Translations under genes and position numbers: made by a program
Notes under the pieces: generated by a model
Databases searched by the model: none
What the model was told of the DNA's origin: nothing
What the model saw: the letters and a program-made list of their open reading frames with translations, nothing else
Part shown: in pieces, positions 36,290 to 50,100 of the stretch
Layout of the letters: every line of letters begins with the position of its first letter
Numbering within the stretch: the first letter of the stretch is position 1
Source: Antedon mediterranea
Lineage: Eukaryota > Animalia > Echinodermata
Length of the DNA: 64,000 bases
Assembly (NCBI RefSeq): GCF_964355755.1
Contig: NC_092671.1
Coordinates: forward strand, 39,132,304-39,196,303
Direction of reading: 5' to 3'

Positions 36290-37435
36290 AAATTTGGCTT
36301 ATCAATCAAATAAATACTTTCGTTCAAAATGAAACTCCAACCTTTCTAATCAAAAGATTGAACTCGAAAACGGACCGTTTTTTTTAATTGGGTATGTTGA
36401 AACATTTCAATATTCATTTAAAAAAGTACATTAATTATGGTATTGATCAGTGGCTGTAGAGGCGTAAAAACCCTCGGTCAATATCATGTAAAATGCACTG
36501 TGGAAGGGTCATTATTAAGACTGCAAAATTGGGCTTATCAACAAATAAATACTTTCGTTCAAAATGTAAAATCAAGGCTGAAAAATTGGGCTTATCAACA
36601 ACAAAATATTTTATTATTAGACGCGATAACATCAAGGATAATCAGTATAATTATTAATATAGCCACTGTTACTAGTTTTATTCTACATGCTAAAGTAAAT
36701 AAAAATCCACTAGAAAACAAGCAAGTCTGAATGTTATGCTTATTAGCCATGTTATGTTTGTTACTGTAGGCCTATGATTGTTTGTAATGTCCACATATTA
36801 TTTCCTTGGGCATATCCATAGTGTATCACTCACAAAAAAGACGTGTGAGGTTCTTTCTTTAGATTTTGAAGAATGATTTGTGTTACAGGTTGACACAAGA
36901 GTCAAATGCTCAAGATATCGGCTAACGCCATGGGACCCTTGGCTTATCAATGAATAATAAATACAGTACTACTTTCGTTCAATTGAAATCGGAATCTGAC
37001 CGTTTCATTAAATTGGGTGTGATTAGGCCTAAACATATAAAAATTTATTAAAAAGGTACAATAAAAACAAATGCATCAGAGGCGTAAAGAACCCACGGTC
37101 AATATCATGTAAAATGTATATGGTATAAGCACTTTGGAAGGGGTCATTGTTATTAAACTGGAAAATTCGGCTTATCAACAAATAAATACTTTCGTTTAAA
37201 ATGTAAAATAAGACTGCAAAATTGGGCTTATCAACAAATAAATACTTTCGTTCAAAATGTAAAATAAGACTGCACAATTGGGCTTATCAACAAATAAAAT
37301 ACTTTTTTTTTCAAAATGTAAAATTAAGACTGGAAAATTGGGCTTATAAACAAATAAATACTTTTTTTCAAAATGTAAAATTAAGACTGGAAAATTGGGC
37401 TTATAAACAAATAAATACTTCCGTTCAAAATGTAA
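36290..37435. repeat. ~55-bp repeat, tandem at 37160-37435 and dispersed at ~36290, ~36527, ~36583 and ~36940
   Basis: Unit aaattgggcttatcaacaaataaatactttcgttcaaaatgtaaaataagactg. Confidence 0.85.
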
Positions 37436-40400
37436 GAAAACATTTTTTAAATATAATCCTTAAGCTCTGTCTATACTATCAAACTAAATATGATGTGCCC
37501 ATATTATTTAGACATGACGATGTCATATCACTACGATAATCGGGCATATCACTACCATATTTGGGCACATCACACTTTTTTTGAAGTCGGAATTGGACTG
37601 ACGCGATTGATTTAATTGGGTATTTTTATTAATGTAATGATTCATTAAAAACTATAATACCGATACGCGTTTGGTATTGATCAATGGTGCAAAAAACCCT
37701 GAGAAATAATGTTATAACGCGATTTGGTGATAGCTTAGCAATAATACAACCCATATACTATTATTATAAATACCTATTACAAATCCATTCATATAACTTT
37801 TCATCGCGAACCAAAAATGTATAAATGATATTCTACAGACAGTAATTATATATTCAAAAGCCATATTATTATTATTATCAATACCTAAATGCGATAGTAA
37901 TAACCACATAAACATACATTATTCCCAATACAAGTGTGTGCGTTTAATTCTAGAAAGAAACAACTGTGCTGACAGGCCAATGACATAAATCACAAGTAAA
38001 GTCCCAATTGTTCACTTGCGTTTTGATTGGCCGACCTATTATATTAGATTAATGAAGACTGTTCTTACAACTGTCCAGTCAAAAAGTTACGCGGCGTTTT
38101 TTGTAAGAAATATTTCTTGTTTAGCCTGAAACCATGAACATTAGACTATATGATTTTATACAGCTAATTTACCAAAAACCAATTTTCCTCTTTTCAATTA
38201 GTTATATCCGGTTAACATAAACTTGTTTTCAATCCAATTTTTGGGCAAAGTTTTTATTAAACTATTATATGAATAAAATGGCCAAGTCAACAAAAAATTT
38301 CAAAAAAAATTATTTCTTCAGGAGGACAATATCTTAGTGTAGTACTTTGTATACTTGTTTGTTCACAAACGAATGTCTACAATTTTCAAGTTTAAATTAT
38401 CATAGGAATTTTTTCCTCAAATATTGTATACCTATCATATACGTACGTCTGTACTAACAGGCCATGCTTATTGGTTTTCAAGAAAAGGTGATACTTTATT
38501 AACGATGTGACATTGTTTATTGTACCAACTGCTGGGTTGAAACTGAACTCATCATAGAACCACACTTTGGTCTAAATTTCCATTTTGAAAATGATGGCTG
38601 AGACTATCGATGTACAAAATAAAGTATGATGCTGTTTATTTAGAAATAATGACAATAAGGACAATATATTAAAAATCAAGTTTAATGTTAAAAAGAACAA
38701 CTCCCTGGATGTGCTACAACAACTGCATTCTAGTCTACCACTCAACATTAAGAAAATATATATTCATAGCAACAATCAACATGTTGCAGAATAAAAGATG
38801 TATATGTACAGTTTAGTCTACATTCATATACAGTACAAGACTCCCCAAGTTATTCATCTACATTTCTATACAAAACTCCCCAAGTCACCATTATTATATA
38901 AAAATTCATTTAAAGCAGGTTAATCTTACAATACTGTTATGGAATCAAAAGCAAGTTAAGGTGTCCACTCAATTGCACTAATATACTTTACAGTGTGAAT
39001 GTTAACGACAGACAACCACCCCGTCAATAAATGGTATAGTCGGGACGGCTGCTGGATTAAATACAAATTGTATAAACGAAATAGACTATGAATATGATCT
39101 TTACTTGAAGAATAAGAATGTAAAATTGAAATCGTTGACCTAATTAACACACAGGTTTCAACACAGAGTCACTTCATGATCATCAATCATCAAAAGCAAC
39201 CAAGTACATTCAAGCTAGTTTGTCTAAACTATCAAACTAGTTTGACAAATAAAGTGTGGTGTGCCCAAATAATAATGTTAGTGATATGACATCATCATGT
39301 CCATATATGGGCACATCACATTTGTAACATAAAGTTTGATAGTGTAGACAGAGCTTAAGCAACCATTATGGAATATCTATCACAAACAATTGTGCATACT
39401 TATACAGTACTATACTTTACAAACAATATTGTCAATCTTATTATAAATATTGTAGAAAACAAAAAATATACCGTTAAAAATATTAAGCATGCTTACGTAC
39501 GAGACTACAGAAGGAAACTACTACACAAGGCATAGAAATACATTATTTGCATGTAATTATCAAGGTCAAAGTTCATATTGCAAATACAAATAAGTTATTA
39601 GTGCGACATAAAAATGTACAAAATCCAAGTCAATAAAATCTCATTCATAAATAAATTGCAATGATTTTATATTTCTTTCACTACATTTAAACTAAGACTA
39701 AGAGACATTCTACATAGGTAATTATTATTTAAAAAGCAGAAATGTTAAAGGCCCACAAAACCGTTTGGGTAATGTATACAAAATGTGGTCTCTTTATTTA
39801 GTACTGCATTTTGTAATAAATAATAATCAGTTTATCTTATTGTTCAAATCAGTTATTGTCATTTCTGCACCAATTTCTTTTCTTGGAAAATTTGTTCTCA
39901 ATAATATACACAAAGAAAATAACACTAGAATAAAGAACCAAAATTCACTTTCATTTAGCTAATAATGTTTCAGCAGAGAAATTCTCAGTGTGAAAGCGAC
40001 TTGAGAATGTGATATAAAATGAAGTAAGCTATTACTACCTGTACAGCATAGATGATACTCAACCACTATTTAAGGTTGCTAACAAATATCTACATTTTTA
40101 AATTTCAGTGCAAATGTGTACAAATACATACATTCTTAATATTTTACATCTTTACAAATCAAATATCATAAAAGCCTCTTGATTAAATGACAAATGTCAT
40201 CCTTTTTTTTGTTTAAAATATTGTCAAAATGTAAAATTCTCATTTAAAGGTCTATCATAATTTTTTTTTTTACAAAAACATTCTTAAAAATCTATATTTA
40301 CTTTATATTTTTATGAATTTTCTGTCAAGCCGATTTTGCGCAGAAAATAGTCTTTTGGCAAAATTTATTTCAGAAGTTTGATGTGTAAACAAATCTTAAG

Positions 40401-41179
40401 ATGTTTTAATGTAATTTTCTTGTTTTATTTCTTATTAAAATTATATAATGGTGTAATTAATTTTTGTTTTAAACTGGAATTTCATATTTTTCTTTTCTAA
40501 TTCAGCACTCTTTAGTATAGATTACTAGACTACAAATACATTGAAAACATGTTTGTATATAGTTTGGTCCATCTGAATAAAACAGCTATAAAAACTTATA
40601 AGCAACACTGTATTCCAACACTGTATTCCAACACTGTATATCAATAACCACATTTTAAAGATTCATGTATTTACTAGAACATACAATATAAATAATTGTC
40701 TTTTGGAAGAATGAAAATATAGATATAAAATATTGTAAATAAGATAAATAATAGAAATTAGTAAATTGCTAAAATTTTAAGTAAGATTTGTTAATAAGCA
40801 AGTTTATTGCGTATTGAGGCATACAGATGTTGGAACGCTAACCCATATGAGAAAAAGTTTAAAAAAATATACAATTATCTATGAGTGTGCTCATATTATT
40901 AAAAAATATTAAACTTTTTATGGGTATCTGAAATATGGTTCCTGATGACTGGCCTTCTCCTCCATGATATTGTTATTGTTACCAAGCATAAAGCTCTGTC
41001 TACACTATCCAACTTTATGTGGCAACAAAATGTGATGTTCCCATATATGGACATGTTGATTTCATATAACTACCATATTTTGGAACATCACACTTTTTTG
41101 TCAAACTAGTTTAATAGTGTAAACAGAGCGTAAAGCTTGTCCCTATTTTTTTCCCTAAGTATTCCCTGTATTACCAATT

Positions 41180-44100
41180 CTATAAGTACCATTCCTTGCG
41201 ATCTGATTGGTGGTTTGGGTCAGACGCCCTCACAGCAGCGTCGGCGTCCTCGGCTTCTGCTACCCCTTTATCTTCATTCGTGTGATATTCTCCACCGTGT
41301 CGGTTCATGTAACGACCAATGATAAAAAGCATTACAAACAGCGCGATGAATAATACTAATATAACAACTAAAATACAAAAAAAAATATAATTAATTATAA
41401 TATAATGTAATAATATTACATAATAGTTTTAAATCATAACTAAAGCTCTGTCTACACTATCAAACTAGTTTGACAAAAAAAAGCGTGATATGCTTAAATA
41501 TGCTCATATAGGGCAGTGATATGACATCATCATGTCCATATATGGGCACATCACATTTTTTTGTCACACAAAGTTTGATAATGTAGATAAGTTTTCACAG
41601 TAAACAATGTGATGTTCTTGAATTACCCTATTTCATGTAGTTAGGTTCAAAAACCTATACAAACATATACAGTACTTCTCTAAAGCTCTGTCTACACTAT
41701 CAAACTTTATGTGACAAAAAAATATGATGTGTCCATATATGGACATGATGATCACATATCACTACCATATAGTGTAGAGAGCGCTTAGGTTTAGTACAAA
41801 TATATAGAAAATGAAGTAGATGTTTAAAACATGAATATAAATCTCAAGACAGTTTTGTTTAACATAGGCTCTAGAAATATCTGGGTTGAGAATAGGACTA
41901 TACTTGAATCAAGCATGGGACTATACTTGAATCAAGCATGGGACTATACTTGAATCAAGCATGGGACTATACTTGAATCAAGCATGGGACTATACTTGAA
42001 TCAAGCATGGGACTATACTTGAATCAAGCATGGGACTATACTTGAATCAAGCATGGGACTATACTTGAATCAAGCATGGACTATACTTGAATCAAGCATG
42101 GGACTATACTTGAATCAAGCATGGGACTATACTTGAATCAAGCATGGGACTATACTTGAATCAAGCATGGGACTATACTTGAATCAAGCATGGGACTATA
42201 CTTGAATCAAGCATGGGACTATACTTGAATCAAGCATGGGACTATACTTGAATAAATCACAGAATAACTTACATGCTATAGATGCTTTATCTCCAGTTGT
42301 TTTGATTGCAGCTACTGAAGGCTGAGCTGGTTCTTGTGTACTGTACATCTGGTAAGTAACATCAGGGTATGGTAATCTAGTAGTTGGGGGCAGTGTTGCT
42401 CCTTCAACTCCGCAACTTGACTCAACCACCACACCTCGCATGGTTATTTCAGGTGGTTGGTTACCGGGGTCGAACATCTTCAGAGGATAGAAGTTGTTGA
42501 AACGAACCCTAGAGATGCAGCCTATGAATTTATCAATTCCATCTGTAAGGAAAAATGTGAATTCAACCATAACGGCAACAAGAAAACAAATATTGAAAAT
42601 AGAAAATTATGACTTGTCATGTAATAAGACTTTGTTTATTATGTAGAGCATCTTGTGTATGTGTTTGTCTTGTGAACAGGATTACCAACTTTAAGAAGGA
42701 TAGTGAATGAATTCGCTTATGGTTATCCTTGGCAATTTGCCTAAATATATAAACAAACAAATAAATGAGTGAACTAACCTGGGCTGCCAATAGAGATCAT
42801 AGATGGACTTCTGAATGTGGTGTCTGTGAGTGTGAAGGTCTGCATCTGTGGTGACGTTTCATCAATCTGCAATACAATATATGAAAATAAATATAATAAA
42901 CATAATGTATGGGTCTTGGATCCATGTTTTCTTTTACTGACAATTTTCTCGGACTTAATAATTCTGATCAAGTGACCTAATACCACTTCTCTTCTTCCTT
43001 AATACTTTTATTTTATTTATTTATTTATTTATAAACTTATTTTACATGGATGACATTTTCATTAAAAATAATGTTCTTACAAATGGTCCATGATTAAAGA
43101 AATGCATGCATAATACTCAGTGAATAGTCATAAGAATACAAAACATTTTGTTGTTGTTTTAGATTATAGAAAGACATACAAGAACAATTACATTTTAAAT
43201 ACAGATACAGAATTAATAATAATAAACAGTTAAGTAAGTACATCGCAATTACACAGGTTCTCAAGTTGAGGTTTCTATTTAAATACATCATTTTTGTTGT
43301 GTTTTGTATTTATATTTAAACGCATTGTAAGAGGTCGCTTCTTGCAATGATACTTACCATCATTGAAAATTCATTGCCTTCTCGTGTTACCATGACTACG
43401 TGGTGGTTACCATCTGCGTAACTTCCGACATCTTCCGTAATCTCCCATGAATCAACGCCAGAAACGAAGCTGAACTGAATTGCACCTAGGGAAGGAAATC
43501 AGATAATAAATCAGAATTAGAAATAGAATATAATGAAGGGACTTTTAAATGCAGTAGTATTTCTTAAATTAGACAAATCCGGTTCTCTAATCTTTCTTTT
43601 CATTCAGGAATGGAATCTGAAATATTTGTTTTTTCTCTTTTTGCTATTGATATTAATAACTTCTTATTACCTTATTGTTATTTTAAGGGTCTTGGCTTAA
43701 AAGCTTGCTTACTTTGAGTTCCCTTTTACTGTACATAACTATTTCAGGACATATTTGTACATATCCTTAGTTTTATAGAATAAATTGATTTTGATTGATT
43801 ATGACTTGTTTATCAGTACAATACACAATCTAAATATATTTGTTGTAATCACACGTAACAGGGTAATTTGGTCCATCAGTAAAAACAATGGCATCTTTTA
43901 ATATTCCTCAAGTTTTGGTAATCCAGAAATCAAAATTTGAATGTTAACATTTACATTGATTTCAAGATATTAGCAAGTTAAAATACCTTCTGAATTGAGT
44001 TTGATCTCCATGTAACTTTCGCCTGTACTTGAATCAACACGAAGGATACGCCCCTCTGTGTTCTGTGTGGTTGAGAAGCCAGCCTGGATGACGTCCTTCT

Positions 44101-47100
44101 CTGTATCTAACGACTCTTGGCTTGGTATCATGTAACTGACCTCCGAGTTATCGGCAAGGTCAACCCCAACCTCTGAAAGATGAATGTTTTTATTGTGTGT
44201 AGACAGAGCTTTAGTTTAAGTTTGCATAGTAAACAATGTGAGGTTCAAAAACCTATACAAACATATACAGTGACAAAAAAATATGATGTGTCCATATATG
44301 ATATGTCATATCACCATATTAAGGCATATCACTACCATATTAAAGTATATCACTATCATATTAAGGCATATCACTACAATATTAAGGCATAGCACTGCCG
44401 TATTAAGGTATATCACTACCATATTTGGGCACATCACATTTTTTTTCTTTTCATTAGATTTCACAGCTTATTTAGCTATACCTTGAGTGCATATTTTTCC
44501 AGCATATGCAGTCTTATCACAGTCACACTCAAAGGTAGAATACATCTCCATACACACACCACCATTCATACAAGGTTTGGCATCACAGTGACCAGTGCAT
44601 CCTTCCACAACGTAATACGCATTCCTGGACGCTACAACCATGTCCATTGTTTTGCCGTTCATACGCAATGTACGCATGCATCCAACATAGCCTTCGGTCT
44701 GACTGGCTGTTGAACCTACAAAAAAAGTGATAATTGTATATTATATGAAGTCTGTTGTTGTTTTTGGAGTTCCTAATTACCTCCGCCAAGGAGGTTATGT
44801 TTTCACCCCTGTATGTCTGTGAACAGCCTGGAGGCCACAGTTTTTATCCGATTCTAACCAAATTTGGACACAATGATCTATGGCCAAAAAGCTCAGACGA
44901 GTTCGAATTTGAGGGAGAAAGGTCATAGGTCAAGGTCACAACTAACAAAAAACTATTTTACTGCCTAGATACCACAGTTTTGATCCGATTCTCACCAAAC
45001 TTAGCCACAATGATCAATGACACATCATATAATTGTGGTTAAATTTTGAAGGGTCAGGGTCAAAGATCAAGGTCCACAAAAAAAAAAAAAAAAAAAGAAA
45101 TAAAAAAATAATTAAAAAAAAAAAACCCTCAGTGGGACTTGAACCAGCGATCTCAACTGTGAGAGGCTGGACACATAACCATTACACCACACTGTCATCC
45201 ACAACTTTGTAGTGTGCAGTTAACATATTTACACTTAGAACTAATAAAAAAAAATGTAAAAAAAAATATATTCAGGGGGAATTTTATGTGGGGGAATTTT
45301 ACAGTAGGCGGAGGTTTTGTAATATTTATGTTTTATTCACTACAAGCTGTGCTTTTATTTAGGCTCCAATTTTTTAAAGTTATTAGTAAAGTGAAATGAA
45401 ATGTCTGGATAGTAAGACTATGATGAATGCAATGCATTATGGGTTACTTGGAGACGACCTCATGTTTGGTTGAATGAATGCAAATAAATACACTATAGTT
45501 ATAGATTAACTTGATTATTGTTAATTGTTGTATTTAAATGTGGTATGTTTAAATATGGTAAGAAGATATAACAATATTTATTATTATAAATAAACAAACA
45601 AGCAAATTATTATTTAGTTTTAAAAGACGATGAATGATTAAATAATGAAATTGACATACCTACAAATAAAGTACTACGATGTAGATTAAAGTGTACATTA
45701 CGATCATCATACAGCATTGATTGCGTTTTACCATTAGCGCCATCAATTTCCATAAACATCTCCAACGGGTCCATCTCAATAAAAACACGATGCCATTTAT
45801 TATCCGTCAGTTCTTCAACGGTGGAGGTCCGTATGGAGTTCATTCCCGCGCCGTAGTCGAGAGAAAACAACATCTCTCTGTCGCTAGTTAGTTCCAACTT
45901 TAAGTAATCTACCTTATCTTTGTGAATTGCATGAAGTAAGACGACGGGATACACTGTGGTCTTGAATTCAAGATAAACGTCAAATCCACTTTCTACGGTG
46001 AGTTCAATTTCAAACTTTAGATTTGCTTGTGGATCTCTAAATGAAACAGCACTTTGAACTGAAGAAAAATGGCAAAACAAAGCATTACATCACAATTTAT
46101 AAAATTTGTAATTATTAGTATAATATACAGTACATATAGAAGACATAAACCAAAAGTAAACACAAATGATGCATAGGCATTTTATATCCAAAAAATAATT
46201 AATTTGCCATATTTAAAAATAATATAGACAAAGTTTGTTTTAAAAATATACTGAAATTGTTTAGACAAAATCTACTGTACAACACTCGACATAAAGGGAA
46301 CTTTACACTATTTTAGTTAATATACAATATTTCCATTTACCCATTGAATTTGAGTATTATGTAGCAAATCTAAAGCTCTGTTTACACTATCAAACTAGTT
46401 TGACAAAAAAGTGTGATGTGCACAAATATGGTAGTGATATGTTTAAATATGGTAGTGATAATACATCATCATGTCCATATTGGGGCATATCACATTTTTT
46501 TTGTCACATAAAGTTTGATAGTGTAGATAGAGCTTGAGTAACAAAAGAATTCTTACTTTCACCATTACAACGCAGAGGATCAAGTGTGTGGAAAGCTAAA
46601 GACTGATCACCCTCCAAGCCACCGAACCTAAGCTGTGCAACAGGTAGGAATGGTTTCTGAGTCAAAAGACCGGAATCCTCTCTTTCGCTAGCATCATTAA
46701 TGTCACAATTACACCACTTATCAGTGTTGTCACAGTTTCCTTCAATTCCACAAGCGCACTGAAACAAAATGTATTCAAATTTGCTTAAGTCCTTTTCACA
46801 CTAAGGCAATCTCACAGTGTGTGTGTGTGAAAGAACCTTATAATGATCTAAATAAGGTACAATGAATGGTTAGTGATATAACAGACACAGCAACGTGAAA
46901 ATAATCAATTGGATTGTAGCTATAGAAAGAAAGTATTTTAAAATGATTTCAGTGGGTTTATTATACCTTCCTAGTGCCTGGGCCAGCACCTCCCCAATAG
47001 TCCATCTTCTCTCCAGTGCTAGACACCCACCAACCATACTGAGGTCCATCTGAGAGAAAATGTGAACAAAACAAATTAAAATAAGAGACAAGATTACTTC

Positions 47101-50100
47101 TAGGTTGGTCCTCATTTTATGCTCTGTATTATTTGTATGGCATTTGATAAAATAAATGTTTGTTGAATTTGAAAGATAAAAATATGCAGTATGCAGCTAC
47201 TGGTATAAATTTGACGTATCGCAATTTTTGTGTGTTTGTTAATGGAATGTTTCAAGTGCGTCATAAAAAGTTTGGTTTGTCAGTATTGACTTATTTAAGC
47301 TCTGTCTACACTATCAAACTAGTTTGACCAAAAAAAAATGTGATGTGCCCAAATATGGTAGTGATATGATATCATCATCTCCATATATGGGCACATCACA
47401 TTTTTTTTCACATGAAGTTTGATAGTGTAGACGGATATTTAGTCTGGTATGTCAGTTCTGCCTATTGTTTTACTCCACACTTGTACTTACTTGGGGAATT
47501 AAGCAACCTTGCTCGTTTACATCGATACTTAATATACTGTTCGCACTCTTCAGCCTCGGACACCATCTGTCGTATCTGATCCATGCTCACGCCGTTGTAG
47601 TCTATTTCACGTTTGTACGAGCCGGCTTCCACTGATCCCATTACTTGGATCTCAGCTTCCGAATTGTGGTTCAACTCTGTCCAAACCATGTCTTCTGAAG
47701 AAATTAACAATTGTAATCAGGTATAAGTAATGAACAAAAGTAATTCTAATTCTTATTATTGAACTCATTAAAAAACAAAGTTGACAAACACACGCAAACA
47801 AACATGAGAGAAGCGGCACCTTACGATTTTAAAAACTCATTGCCTCTTATCTTTACTAAAGGTAAGAATTATTAATGGTAATGCTGATTGCTAAAGTTTA
47901 TATGCACAATTATTTATATATTATTATTAGAATTCTCTTTACCATACTATATGTACATCTTAATTGTCATAGATTATGTTTATGTATCTTTCTGGTGGGT
48001 AAGCCTTAAGGTCTTTGAACTTATTTGCCCACCAGACAAACATCTCTCTTTAAAAAACTCATTGCCTCTTATCTTTACTAAAGGTAAGAATTATTAATGG
48101 TAATGCTGATTGCTAAAGTTTATACACACAATTTTTTTATATATTATTTTTAGAACTCTCTTTACCATACTAATGTACATCTAATAATTGTCATAGATTA
48201 TGTTTATGTATCTTTCTGGTGGGTAAGCCTTAAGGTCTTTGAACTTTATTTGCCCACCAGACAAACATCTTTCTTAAATGTAAAATGTTTATTGCAATAT
48301 AATTATTTTATTAATAATGTGTGGAAATCAATAAAATAAAACAGGTCAGGGTTGGCAAAATTCACTATTATTATGTCAGTTATAGAAGTGTATAAATGTA
48401 ATTGTCATGATATCTATATACCTTCAAAAATGCATGTAACCAAGAAAGGTTCAAGAGGCCCACTGCCGTCAACATCAATCAACTGGGTACCACTACTGCC
48501 TGATGTACGTTGAACTTCTCCACATGATCTCTTCCAAAGAGCTGTAATACATTTATAAAATTTACACTACAAAACAACTTATTTAACTTGTCAATAAATT
48601 GTAAAGTTGTATTCATTGAATCATGAAAACACGCCAGAATGTTTTATAGTAAAGTGACAAAAAAGATAAAATTCCATAAATTTACCTCTGTGACAGGTAC
48701 TCCCAACATAACCAGAGGGGCAATTACAGCTGAATCCAGCCCATGATGCCTGGCAGACACCACCATGCTCACATGGATTAGGGCTACACCTGTAAACAGA
48801 AATTGATTTTAATTATTTTTATATCATACAGGATGAACAATCACAGACAAAAACAAATGTAATCATTTGCATACTACCAGGGATAGGCCTGTAAATCTTT
48901 TAGAGGGGTCCCCTTAACCAATAATCAATCTTCTAAACCTCTGTTTACACTATCAAACTAGTTTGTGCCCAAATATGGTAGTGATGTGCCCAAATATGGT
49001 AGTGATATGACATCATCATGTTCATATGTATGCACATCACACATAGTTTGATAGTGTAGACTGAGCTTAAAAGTTTGTTGTTACTTGTTTTAGACTTACC
49101 AGTCAACCATTCCACATGTGTTGATCTCTACCCCTTCATTCTGAACAGATGTCAACGCTTGGAAGTTAATCATGCTCCCACCAATCATAAGATCCAACAT
49201 ACAGCCCAGGAAACCAAGACTATTTTCATCTTTGCCTGCAAGAACAGTTGATTTGATTAGTTGAACATACATTCTTATTTATTCTATTTGTTAGTATGGT
49301 GTTTTTTGGTATTTTTGTTTATAAGATGGAAGAAGAAGAATTTCATCAATGAATCTCAATCTAATGTGCTTTGACAATACTATAGTAATCTTAACTTTTA
49401 CAAAATTCATGAAAATTCAGGCATGATATAGAAAAATAATAGAAAATATTTACCACTTCCAAAATAATATCTATTCATGGGTGTTATAGAGACTTGCGTA
49501 CTGCTACGGAAGTCATCCACCATAAATTGAACATCGTCATTTACCATCTTCACCTCAACACTGTGCCACAATCCATCATTAATAGCAGCACCTAAAAACA
49601 AATACACGTTTACTTGTTCAATATTAAAACTGTGATCTTCTACTTGTAAAGCTGTCAGGTCTTAACCTTGGTTCCCACTAGGACATAACAGTATACTGAC
49701 CAATGACAAGCGACAGTTCGAACAATCCATCGCTTGTGATTGGTCAACTCACTTACGTTGTGTTACGTCCTTGCGTCTTTAGTGGGAACCAAGCATTAGA
49801 TAATATTATATTCGAACTGATCATCAGATAGCCTTCTAACAGTAATTGAGGAGTGGCTTGGATTATCTCACTTGGCCAGTATGCTCTGGTGGTATATTTT
49901 GCTTGGCACGATCAATTTGATTCCCTTACAATTTGTTCACGACGGCAATAAAATGTGAATAATATGGTTGCCATTTTTAAACAATAGGGACAATCAATAC
50001 TGATATCTGGTAATACAGAATAAAATATTAGTCAATGTATTGTGACACCATCCTAAATGATTTACTGAATGTTACAAGGTGTGATTGGGCCAGGACGTGT

